Positions 45,371-57,089 of a stretch of DNA of 64,000 nucleotides are shown here, piece after piece (the stretch's first letter is position 1; each line of letters starts with the position of its first letter). Where the stretch lies: assembly GCA_024137785.1 (NCBI GenBank), contig JAHRHZ010000061.1, positions 1,948,066-2,012,065 of the forward strand. Direction: 5' to 3'. A model generated the notes under the pieces. It saw only the letters and a program-made list of their open reading frames with translations. It was not told the DNA's origin and made no database searches. Source of the stretch: Ginglymostoma cirratum. Taxonomy: Eukaryota. The position numbers and the translations under genes were made by a program.

Positions 45371-45814
45371 ATTCGACCAGCGCCCTGACTGGTCCATGTT
45401 AACCAGCAGTACAGATTACTGCCATTCATGCCAAGATACCCAGCACTTGGACCAGGGCCTTCCAGGCTCAGAGATGTTTGGGGGCATCCTGAAAGGGTAT
45501 TTGTATTCTCCCCTATGAAAATCAGCGGGACTTCTATCAACCACACTGCACCATTGGTATAACAGACAAAATACACAAACGCCAGGCACTCAGGGAGTGC
45601 ACAAAGGACTGGCGCACATTTGATTGAAATATGGCATTATTTTGTTTGTAAATTCAGTTTGAAGTCTTTACTTTATGGTAGAAAATGTTACACTGTGGCC
45701 AAACTGCATTTGTGGTGATTGGTAGCAGAGCAGAAAGAATGTGTAGGACTGTTGATGAAAAGGGAAATTGTTGTTGTGTATAGAATGAAAGAATTTAAGA
45801 AGTAGGGACAAGAA

Positions 45815-47143
45815 CCTTGGGCAACCACCTAGAAACCAATGTCCATTTCAAGCCCACTGACTCCCACAGCTACCTGGAATACACCTCCTCCCACCCACCC
45901 TCCTGCAAAAATGCCATCCCCTATTCCCAATTCCTTCGCCTCCGCCGCATCTGCTCCCAGGATGAGACATTCCACTCCCGTACATCTCAAATGTCCTCAT
46001 TCTTCAAGGACCGCAACTTCCCCCCACAGTGGTCAAGAACGCCCTCGACCGTGTCTCCCACATTTCCTGGAACACATCCCTCACGACCCGTCCCCGCAAT
46101 AATAACTAAAAAAGAATCCCCCTCGTCCTCACATACCACCCCACCAACATCCGGATCCAACGCATCATCCTCCGACACTTCCGCCATCTGCAATCAGACC
46201 CCACCACCAAAGACATTTTTCCCTCCCCACCCTTATCTGCCTTCCGGAGGGACCACTCCCTCCGCGACTCCCTTGTCCGCTCCACACTCCCCTCCAGCCC
46301 CACCACACCCGGCACTTTTCCCTGTAACCGCAGGAAGTGCTACACCTGCCCCCACACCTCTTCCCTCACCCCAATCCCAGGCCCCAAGAAGACTTTCCAC
46401 ATCAGGCAGATGTTCACCTGCACATCTGCCAATGTGGTATACTGCATCCGCTGTACCCGTTGTGGCTTCCTCTACATCGGGGAAACCAAGCGGAGGCTTG
46501 GGGACCGCTTTGCAGAACACCTGCGCTCGGTTCGCAACAGACAACTGCACCTCCCAGTCGTGAACCATTTCAACTCCCCCTCCCATTCCTCAGATGACAT
46601 GTCCATCCTTGGCCTCCTGCAATGCCACAGTGATGCCACCCGAAGGCTGCAGGAACAGCAAATCATATTTAGCCTGGGAACCCTGCAGCCCAATAGCATC
46701 AATGTGGATTTCACAAGCTTCAAAATCTCCCCTCCCCCAACTGCATCCCAAAACCAGCCCAGCTCATCTCCACCTCCTTAACCTGTCCTTCCTCTCACCT
46801 ATCCCCTCCTCCCACATCAAGCTGCACCCCCATCTCCTATCTCCTAACCTCATCCCGCCCCCTTGACCTGTCCGTCCTCCCTGGACTGACCTATCTCCTC
46901 CCTACCCCACTACCTACACTCACCTTTACTGGCTCCATCCCCGCATCTTCGACCTGTCTGCCTCATCTCCACCTATCCTCTCCTCTATCCATCCTCTATC
47001 TGCCTCCCCCTCTCTCCCTATTTATTTCAGAACCCCCTTCCCCTCCCCCATTTCTGATGAAGGGTTTAGGCCCGAAACATCAAATTTTCCTGCTCCTATG
47101 ATGCTGCTTGACCTGCTGTGTTCATCCAGCCCCATGCTTGTTA
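45815..47143 (+). mobile_element. Penelope-like element (RT thumb region, GIY-YIG, pLTR), 5'-truncated
   Basis: TNVHFKPTDSHSYLEYTSSHP...IPYSQFLRLRRIC; VVYCIRC...YIGET; acaagaa flanks at 45808-45814 and 47144-47150. Confidence 0.93.
47051..47082 (+). ncRNA. Minimal hammerhead ribozyme motif in Penelope pLTR
   Basis: CTGATGA-A-GGGT-TTAG-GCCC-GAAA-CATC. Confidence 0.65.
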
Positions 47144-48249
47144 ACAAGAATAGGCCAAGTGTCTTTGGTAGGAAGAATCAATCATCAGAACATTTTTATA
47201 AAAGTGAGAGGCCTGTTTATATTAAGGGTTTACATAATATTTTATAAGAAACATGACTGTACCTCATCATCTGTTTCACCTATTGCACTCCACCCATTAC
47301 ACACACTCAGATCAGATAGCTCCCATTGATGATGTGATAAATTTCGACATTCCTCTTGGGCTGTAATATCTCATATCTTTTATGTTGCACAGCCAAGGCC
47401 TTTATGCGTACAGCAGATGTCAGTGATGACAGTTGCTAAAAGATCTAAATCCGTCTGTGGGGCTTTGAGATAGAGAATCAGCAATGATGATGTTGATTGG
47501 CAGAGTGGATCTGATGAGCCAAAGTACCTACTCCTGCTATTATTTTCTATGTTTCTATCATTTTTCTCAGCAGAACATCATGAAATGAGTTATTAAAGTG
47601 CGTTCCTTGTCATTTTCACTGATGTAGATTGGATGGTAAAACCATGATTGAAATGCGAAAGAACTGGATGAGTTAACAAGGCTGACATGTACCAGCAGAG
47701 TGGGATGGTGGACTCAAAAGTAGTGGGATGGTTTGTGGCTAACATTCTGAGAAAGGACAAGAGCTCCACAGGGCCACATATGCACTGAACTTCCTTTTGG
47801 AGTTCTCCCATGAAATCAGGCACTCCCTGCTCCTGATACATCTGTATGATTCATGTCAAGAATGATTCTTCCTTGCGGATTGTTGGGTGGAAATGAGAAG
47901 TCAGTCCTGACTGTGGGTTCACAAATATCTCATGACCTTACAGACATCAGTTATTGATATTAGTGATGGCAATGGATTGTTGGCTTGTGCAGTTGCCCTC
48001 TCCTGGCTCTCTCTCTGTTCTCAGTCAGTGCCTGTTCTTGTTGATTGAAAAGACTTGATGACATTATTGATAATGGATCATTATTTTCTTGCTTCCCATG
48101 CATTGTTCTTGATAGAACAGATTTTGCTCGCGGCTTTGAGATGGTCCTTGAAATATTTCCTTTGGTCACCAATGTAAATGTGCCCCCTTTCATAGCTGTG
48201 GTTAGAACATCTGTTCAGGCAGTATTGAGTTGGGTATTATGTTATGTTC

Positions 48250-48640
48250 TGTCCATCTCAGCTGATGTGAGATTATCATGCCCTCTATAATTGGCTTATC
48301 TTTGTTTTGGAGAACACTCATGTTTGTTCTTTCATCTTTCCTTTCGATTCACCTCTATGCAGCATAGATAGCCCTCTAGGGTTTTGATGCAATTCCTATA
48401 AGTTGTCCAAGCTTCCACAATGTGGGAAATCTTGGGGAGAACTACTGCCCAATGCGCTTTAGTATTAGATTTGGCATCACAACTCTCAAAATCTTGAATA
48501 TATAATTTACCAAAGACTGGGCTGCTGCATGGAGTTCGTTGGTGCACCAATTTATCAATGTGACTTCTCTGGAACAGACAACTTCCGAGAAGTGTGGGAG
48601 ATTTCTGGACACATTTTATGAATAACTATTGGGACCATCA
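48250..48640 (-). mobile_element. Degenerate RTE-like fragment
   Basis: EAWTTYRNCIKTLE resembles the RTE C-terminal region. Confidence 0.5.
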
Positions 48641-48667
48641 AATCCACGATTAGGGAAGGAGTAATTG

Positions 48668-49012
48668 TTTTTATTCTTTCACCGATGAGGACATCACTGG
48701 CTAGGCCAATATTTAATGCCCAACCCTAACTGCTCAGAGGGTAGTTAAGAGTCAACCACATTGCTGTGGGTCTGGAGTCACATGTAGGCCAGACCAGGTA
48801 AGGATGGCAATTTCCCTTCCTAAATTACATTAGTGAAACTGTTGGATTTTCTGAAAATTAACAATGGATTCATGGTCATCATTAGACTCTTAATTCCAAG
48901 GTTTTATTGAATTCAAATTCCACTATCTGCCATGGTAAGATTCAAACTATGGTTCTGAGAACATTACCTAGATCTCTGAATTAACAATCCAGTGATAATG
49001 CTAGTAGTCACC
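48668..49012 (-). mobile_element. SINE made of the 5' head and 3' tip of the 32060-34628 LINE
   Basis: Reverse complement matches 32060-32345, then jumps to 34552-34625. Confidence 0.85.
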
Positions 49013-49234
49013 AGGAAAGCTACAACTGGACACACGGTTAATATAGCACGGACATTCCAATGGCATGTGACAAGCATCTCAGCTGTAGGGAAAAGCATGA
49101 GTCAGTAGCCAGCACTGGAGACCCACCTCGTAGAAAATGAATATATTGGAATAGAAATTGAATCAAAGGATTCTATAAGGAAAATCTACCAACCATGTAA
49201 ACCAGATTCAAATCTAAATACAGGTTCATTTCAG

Positions 49235-50640
49235 TCACAGGAATATAGGAACAGGAGTAGGCCATTCATTCAAGCCTTTGCCACCATTCAATAAGATCAT
49301 GGCTGATCTGTGGCCTAACTCCATATGTCTGCCTTAGGCCCATAGCGCTTGATAGACAGTTTTTTTTAATAAAGTGAAGCAATCTCAGATTTAAATTTAA
49401 CAATTGAATCAGCATCAACCACCATTTGAAGAAGAGAGTTCTAAACCTGTAGTGCTCTTCGTATGTAGAAGTGCTTTCTAACATCTCTCCTGAATGTCTT
49501 GGCCCTAATTCTTAGACTATGACCTCGTAATTCTAGAAACTTCAACCAGTTAGAAATATTTTATCTTTATCTGCACTGTCTTTCCCTGTTCTTATCCTGA
49601 AGACCTTGATTAGATCAACCTTAACCTTCTAAATTCTTTGAATAAAGGCCTAATTTGTCTAATAATGTAACCCCTGAATTCTAGGTATCATCCCTGTGTT
49701 AACCTTCCTCTAAGGCCAAAACATCCTTCCTAGGGTGTGGTGATCCAGCTAGGGTTTTGTATAACTACAGAACAATGTCTGTATGCATATATTCCAACCC
49801 TTTAGATATGAAGACCAGTACTCCATTAGCCTTTGTGACTATCTTCTGCACCTGAGCTATGCACCTAAACACCCAAATCTCATCGGACATCCACTGTATT
49901 TAACTTTGTGCCTTCTAAAAAATACCCTGATCTACCTTTTCTTCATTCCAAATTGCATAATCTCACTCTTGCTTATATTAAAATCCATCTGCCACAGCTC
50001 TGCCCACTCACCTAAACTAACAAAATCTTGTTGTAACTTTATGCTGTGGCCAACACCATCTACAATGCAGGCCAATTTTGAATTGTCAGCAAATTTGCAT
50101 CCAAGTCCATGAATATTGTGATTAATTGAGGCCCTAACAGAGATTCCTGTGGGACATGACTAGTTCTGTCCTGCCAATTTGACAACCTACCTATTATACT
50201 AACTCTCTGTTTCCTGCCACTCAACCAATTTCCTGCCCATGTCAGTAATTTAGAATTAGATTTACCTGTATTGTCAAATGTACTCACATAAGTAGGGTGA
50301 AAAGTTTATAAGTCGCCACATATGGTGCCATCTTAGGTACCAAGGTAGCTTGGTACAGATTCTTAAGCATAAACACTTAGGGGAAGAAAAATTACAAAAA
50401 TATTAAAATAAAAGGTCCAGCAAAAGAAAATTAGAAAAATAGAGAAAAACGAGTTCTTTCCAACCCTGACTAAGCCAGGCTTCTCCTTGAGGTCAGTAGG
50501 TGCCAGGAGCCCAGGTCCATACTGATGCCGGGAGCCTGGGTCCACGCTCAATTCCATGGGCTTCCACCTTAGGTAACAGTCTTTTTTGTGGGGCTTTATC
50601 AAAAGCCTTCTGGAAATCCATAGTGACGACATCCGTCAAC
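49235..50640 (-). mobile_element. Degenerate CR1 with an unrelated insertion at about 50280-50550
   Basis: WAGNWLSGRKQRV...VPQESLLGPQL; 3' UTR at about 49240. Confidence 0.8.
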
Positions 50641-51899
50641 TTCCCTCTTGAATTTCCACCGAATTCAAAAAATTCCGTGGTTTGTTACTCTGAGGACCAC
50701 ACAGAGAGCTTTTTTTTTCCATTTTAAATATGTTATATTACTAAGTTGAAAGATATTCCTTGTAGAACAGCTTTTAAACAGGCAAGTAAAGTGATGTACT
50801 CAACAGGAAGAATACATTACTTGCTTTTCTGCAGGTCAGTTATGGCTATCTTATTTTTAAATCAATGTCAAGGATGCATCAAACTGCAGTATTACTGTGT
50901 TATCTTTTTGTTCATCTACATACCTGGAACTAACTGATAACAATGATTGAAATTCAAGAAACCATGCAAGCAAAATCCAAGCTCGAATTGCAGACATCGT
51001 GTTCTAACTTTATGCAATGGTCAACACCATCTACAATGTGGCCCAATTTTGAGTTGTCAGTAAATTGGCTGAGATGTAAAAATATATTTAAAATTGATAG
51101 CAAACTCACATAACAAGTCCATCTGATAACACATGTGCGAAGAAAGATAGAAGGAACCAAATCTTTACTGTTTTTAAGAAGGTGGCTGAGAGATGACCTA
51201 ACATAGATATATCAGCTGGTAAATGTTACCAAAATATAAACCTGAAACACAACTTCAAATTAAACAATGACTGTTTGACAAGAAGAAACAAGTTCAAATT
51301 GTCAAAAGGAAAATCTAGGGATTATGGCATAGAGTAATAGAGTCATACAGAAGGGAAATAAACATTTCAGTCCAACTAATCCATGCCGACCATAATCCCA
51401 AACTAATCTAGTACCCCCTGCCTGCGCTTGGCCCGTATCTCTCCATAGATTTCCTATTCATGTACTTATCCAAGTGTCTTTTAAACGTTGTAACTGTACC
51501 AGCATCCACCACTTCCTCTGGAAGTTCATTCCACACACAAACCACTCTCTGTCTAAAAAAATTGACCCTCATGTCTTTTTTTTTTAATCTTTCTCCTCTC
51601 ACCTTTAAATGTGCCCCCATTCTTAAAATCCCCCACCCTAGGGAAAAGACACCTACCATTCGTCTTATCTATACCCCTCATGATTTTATAAACCTTTACA
51701 AATTCAACCCTCAAACTCTTACACTCCAGTGAGAAATATCCCAGCCTCTCCTTATAACTCAAACCCCTCATTCCTGGCAACATCCTGGTAAATCTCTTCT
51801 GAATCCTCTCCAGCTTAATAATATCTTTCCTTTGCAAGGCAACCAGAACTGGACACAGTACTCTCCAGAAGAGGCCTCACCAAGATATCCCAACTCTTA

Positions 51900-52322
51900 G
51901 TAAAGTAAAAAAAAACTGCAGATGCTACACCCAAGGTAGGCAAACAGGAGGCTGGAAGAACACAGGAGGCCAGGCAGCATCTGGAGGAAAGGAGCAGTCA
52001 ATGTGTCGGGTATTACCCTTCTTCAGGACTGCTTCAAAGGAAGTGGCACCGGACTGGAAAGGCCCAGCGCTGGAAGAGGTCTGCACGTGTATAACAGCAA
52101 TGGTAGTGTGGGGGACTTGGAGGTGACTGGAAACAGGGTGTGGATCTTGAGTAGAGAGTGGGTTCTCTGATTGGAGGTGAGTAGAGGAGAGTCTTGCAAA
52201 CTTAACGATCTTTAATGTCTGATATGAAGCAGTCCTGAAGAAGGGTAATACCTGAAATGTTGACTTTTTCTTTCCTCCAGATGCTGCCTGGCTTGCTGTG
52301 TTCTTCCAGCCTCCCATTTGTC
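51900..52322. mobile_element. Non-autonomous Penelope-derived element with inverted arms, 14-bp TSD
   Basis: Arms at about 51940-52036 and 52225-52322 are inverted; TSD tatcccaactctta at 51886-51899 and 52323-52336. Confidence 0.85.
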
Positions 52323-53636
52323 TATCCCAACTCTTATACTTAAAGGTCTGAGCAATGAAAGCAATCATGCTAAATGCCTTCTTAACCACCCTAAATATAT
52401 GTGATGCAAACTTCAAAGAATTATCTAGCTGAACACCTAGGTTTCTCTGTTCTACTACACTACCCATGGCCTTACCATTAATTATATAAGTCCTGCCTTT
52501 GTTTGTTTTATCAAAATGCAATACCTCGCATTTATCCAAATTAAACTCCATCTGCCACTCTTCAGCCCACTGATACAATTGATCAAAACCTCTTCGTAAT
52601 CTTGGATAACCTTCTTCACTGTCCACAATATCTCTCACAAAATCACAATGATTTTGGTGTCATCTGCAAACTTATTAACCATGTCTTCTACATTCCCATC
52701 TAAATCACTTATCCAAATGACAAACAAACATGTTTCCAGCACCAATGCCTGTGGAACAAGCCTGCAGTCCAGAAAACAACCCTCTACCATCACTTTCTGT
52801 CTCCTGCTGTGAAGCCAATTTTGTGTCCAATTGGCAAGCTCACACTGAATCCCATGTGATCTAATTTTATGAATTAGTCTACCATGCGAAACTTTGTCAA
52901 AGGCTTTACCAAAGTCCAAGTAACCAATGTCTACCGTTCTGCCTTCATAGATCTTCTTGGTTACTTCCTTAAAAAACTCAATCAAGTTTGTGAGGCACAA
53001 TTTTCCTTACACAAAACCATGTTGACTATCACTAAATATTCCTTGCCTCTCCAAATGCGTATAAATCTTAACTTTTGAATCAATTCCAACAACTTACCCA
53101 CCACCAAAGTCAGGTTCACAGGTCTATTGTTACCGGGATTCTCCTTACATCCCTTCTTAAACAAAGGCACAACATTAATCACTCTCCAGTCATCCAGCAC
53201 TTCACCTGTAGTTATTTCTGTCAGGGGCCCAGCAATTTCCACCCTACTTCCCAGAAAATCCTAGGATACACTAGATCAGGTCCCAGGTATTTATCCACTG
53301 TTATATTTTCTAAGGCCTCCAGCACTTTCTCTTCTGTCACATGAACTATTTTCAAAACATCAATATTTATTTCCCTGGGTTCTCTAGACTCCATTTCTAT
53401 TTCCACAGTAGAAGCTGATGCAAAATATTCATTTAATCTCTCTCCCATCTCCTTAGGTTCAACACAAAGACAACCCCTTTGATTTTTAACGGGCCCTACT
53501 CTTTTTCTCATTGCTCTCTTGCTCTTAATGTATTTGTCGAATCTTTTTGGATTATCCTCACCTTTGCTTGCAGAGGCTATCTCATATCTTTGTCATCCTG
53601 CACTCTTAAGAATGCTCCTGCACTCTTTATGCTGTT

Positions 53637-54278
53637 TGTGACAATGCTGCGCCTTTAAAAGGTTATTTTATCCTGCTTTTTTTTTGAAGAGATGTTATAA
53701 GGCTGAGGTACGAGCAGTCTACCAAAACCACTAGAGTAAACACCTTGTGAGGCCTTGGGGTATTTTTTTTTTAAATTGGGACAATTGACGCAGCCTGGCT
53801 GGGTGTGGCCAGCTCTCACAGACCAGGTTTTCTAGTTTTTTAAGTTTTTACGTTTAGCTTTAAGCAATTGCTGTTATGGGCTTGAAGAAGTATCTTTTCC
53901 CTCTCGTGGTTACAGCTAGAAGCTGGGGTTTCTCTTTACTGCTGGGTTACCTGTGAGACAAATCTATATTTCTGGATTTTCTTTTTTTGCCAAGGTGGTG
54001 TTTGTGGGATGTCACTATATCGGAACAGTTAATTAGTAATAGCTACCTCATCTATTATTCTGTTAAATCTTCCAATAGAGTTAAGTTATTCTAAATTCCC
54101 CTTACATTGTTTGTATTTTAACGATAATATTTAAATAAATTATGTTTTGCTTAACGTCGAGTAGTACAACCATTCATGGAACACAGCATGTTATGTTTGC
54201 GTTAAAAATAAGAAAAAAAGTTTGGGTCTAGGCTACCTTCTTAAAATATTTTGAGGCGGTCTGATCTGGTCCATAACA
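53637..54278 (+). mobile_element. Solo LTR inserted in CR1
   Basis: TGTGAC...ATAACA termini, AATAAA at about 54134; CR1 sequence resumes on both sides. Confidence 0.7.
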
Positions 54279-54910
54279 TTTCAAGAGATTCATTTGAACC
54301 TGAGTGTATATATCTAATATAGACTTCTTCTTATTCTTGACCAGAACTTTGGCAAGAATTTCTTCACAGAAAGTCATGGATTTTGAGATTTTGAGATAAA
54401 AGCAACCAGAGAAATTCTTTCATTGGTGACCCGTCTTAGTGGCAAACAAGCCCCTGTGGGTTTCATTGTTGATTTGGGTCTTGGCAGAGCACTTGGAAAT
54501 TATAGGGTTACCTTCAATAACACATTTCAGCAAACACACATTGGGAGACATTGAGGAGGAAAAAGTACTGAATGAACCAATGATTTATTGTCATGTGCAT
54601 TTACAGTGAAGTACAACAAAATGCAGTGAAAAACTTACATTTGTCTCTATAATCCAGCACCATTTTGATAGTTTAAGAATGAGAGAAAATGAAAAGATAT
54701 AGCTTAAAGAGAAGTCCATGTATATGTGAGTTCTGAGCTAGCTCAGAACCAGCATTGCTTTGCCAAACCCAACTAACCTCAAAGTCACCAATCTTCAAAT
54801 GCCATCTCTCGCTGTTGGACCAATTCACTTTTGCAACTGCCCATACCGAGCACACCAAAGTCGGGCACAGTCACCGAGGTTCATGTTACCGTGGTGCCCT
54901 CCCACTACCA

Positions 54911-55100
54911 CTTCACCGCCTTGGGGCTGTCTGTTCCCACTCTCACCACATTGGAGCTGCCTGTTCCCTCTCTCACCGCCTTGGGGCTGCCTGTTCCCTC
55001 TCTCACTGCCTCAGGGCTGCCTGTTCCCTCTCTCACCCCCTCGAGGCTGCCTGCTCCCGCTCTCACTGCCTCGGGGCTGCCTGTTCCCAGCTCTCACCAC
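54911..55100 (+). repeat. 30-bp minisatellite, about 6 copies (ctcaccgccttggggctgcctgttccctct)
   Basis: Tandem copies visible directly; they create the repetitive ORFs at 54755-55240. Confidence 0.9.
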
Positions 55101-57089
55101 CCCCAGGACACGCTGCCTGCATGATGCTCGGGGGTCACAGTCCACGCGCTGCTGCAGGGCTCACTGCTCTGGGGACTTGCTGCCTGCACCTACCACCACA
55201 GTATTTTAATTGGCTTTCCCTAGGCTCAGGGCTCCTTTGATCGCAATTAAATTGCTTGCATGGTCTCCACCAAGACACGGTTTGATAAGAAATAAGTAGA
55301 TTGCTTTGTTTATGACATGGACCAGAAGATTAGTCTGCTCGAATAACACTTTTCCTGACAGGACCATACTCAGTAAAATAGCCTGGACCAACCTTCCAAA
55401 TACAGGACCCTGCTGTGTGCATCGTATCTTCGAGAAACTCTGTGACCAGCCCATAACACCACCTGGACAGCCAGACCAGGAAGAAACAGCTAAAGATCTG
55501 TTGACTACCAATGAGAATGGAGCACAAAAATTAATCTTAATGTGAACAGTAAGAAGATGTTTTATGAGGCTATGTATAAGAGAGCTGTTGCAAGGTGGGT
55601 TATAAATGCTTCCAGAGGGAAGCTGTTCCAATGGACTGGATTGTCTGATGGCTGTGAGGGTTCTGCTGGTGGGGGCTCCAAGTGATTGGCGGGGACGGTC
55701 AGCCCTGTTTTGGTGGGAGTCAACAGGAAGTGATGACATTTTGTCGGCAGTAGCCAATCAAGTAGCTGCTGCCCTTATTAAGGATGGCATCCGACTCTTT
55801 CAAGGGCTGCCAGGCACTCGTAAGGTCAGGAATGGTGGCCACGGCTGGAGCTCTACCTGGAGGAGAGTTCACCAATTGCTGTGTGCCCTCACGGTCAGGT
55901 AAATTGAATCTCCTGGCTCCAGCAAGAACAGTTACTCACTTGTTTTCTCACTACTTCTTCAGCCTCCTCACTACATGCATAGGCTTCTCGGCAAGGCAGT
56001 TCTTCCCTGTTTTGAAAGGTCCTGTTAGCTAATTCTTAATCTCAGATAAGTAATTTCTACAAAATTATGCTATGCAGTAATCGTGCTATGACAGATTCTA
56101 ACTTTTCTTGGCCGCCATTCACAAATAAACGGAAAAGATGCTAAATAATTGATCTTGATGTTGGTGTCCCAAGAAGTAAGTAACATTGTATACTGGGTGG
56201 AAGGAGCATACCGAGGATTAAGGAGCTTTAAAAAAATTGCTATCATGCAGAAGCACTGAAGCATAGAAGAAACAATTGTTGTATGAAAATTTTTGAAGAT
56301 ATGCATAGACAAAGGTTCACAGAAAAGCAGGATTGAAATGATACAGGAAATAATGAAGTTCAAGATAGTATTCTTACTGTGGTCAAACGATAATATAAGA
56401 TGGTATGATCTGTTACCAATGTGACCTTAATCTGATAAACAAAATAGGTCACAGAGTGAGATGACAAGAAGCTCTAGGTAGATTGTTTCTTCATGGATCA
56501 GTTACCAATGCACTGCCATCGGCAGATCCTCAAAGACCTTTTGCCTGCCTGCACTGACCATGGCAGACTTAAGGACTCCTATAAGCTCCTTACCACGGAC
56601 TATGTGACAGCTATACTTACAGACCTGTTCCGCTCAAGATTCCGGTCAATTATGGGCCACAAAGTATCGATGACAGGGGATTTGGTAATAATAATAAAAA
56701 CCAAAAGTGCTAGAGAAACTCAGCAACCTGTGGGGACAGAAATGGTTTAACGTTTGGAACCCAATCTGACTCTTCTTCAGAACTCAAGGGGGCTTGGAAA
56801 TGATGGTTTTTAAGCTGTCGACAGAAGGGGAAGAGGAGCTGATGTTGAGGATGTCGACAGCAAAGACAAAGAGAGTGCTAATGGCAGGAGAGGAGATACA
56901 TGGATGTAGAATAAGTAATAATGGTAGCTGTGAATAGTGGCTCAGGAGTGCAGAAAGCAGATGCATTGAAGCAGGACACAGATAGGTGAAGCAAAAAGTG
57001 TAATGAAAATGGATGACAATGCTCATGTGCTGGGGTTATTGAACTTAAATAAGATGGAGGTCTTCATTAAGATGGAGATCAACACAATC

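Larger units (their letters stand above)
51328..54350 (-). mobile_element. CR1 ORF2 plus 3' UTR, with nested Penelope-derived element and solo LTR
   Basis: CLTNLIEFF, DFGKAFDKV, KFADDTK, WQMEFN in the ORF track. Confidence 0.9.

Noticed and set aside
54755-55240. Repetitive 97-161 aa ORFs
   Set aside because: Artefact of a 30-bp stop-free minisatellite
56070-56363. Hydrophobic 97-aa ORF
   Set aside because: TTG start, AT-rich composition explains the hydrophobicity, and there is no recognisable domain
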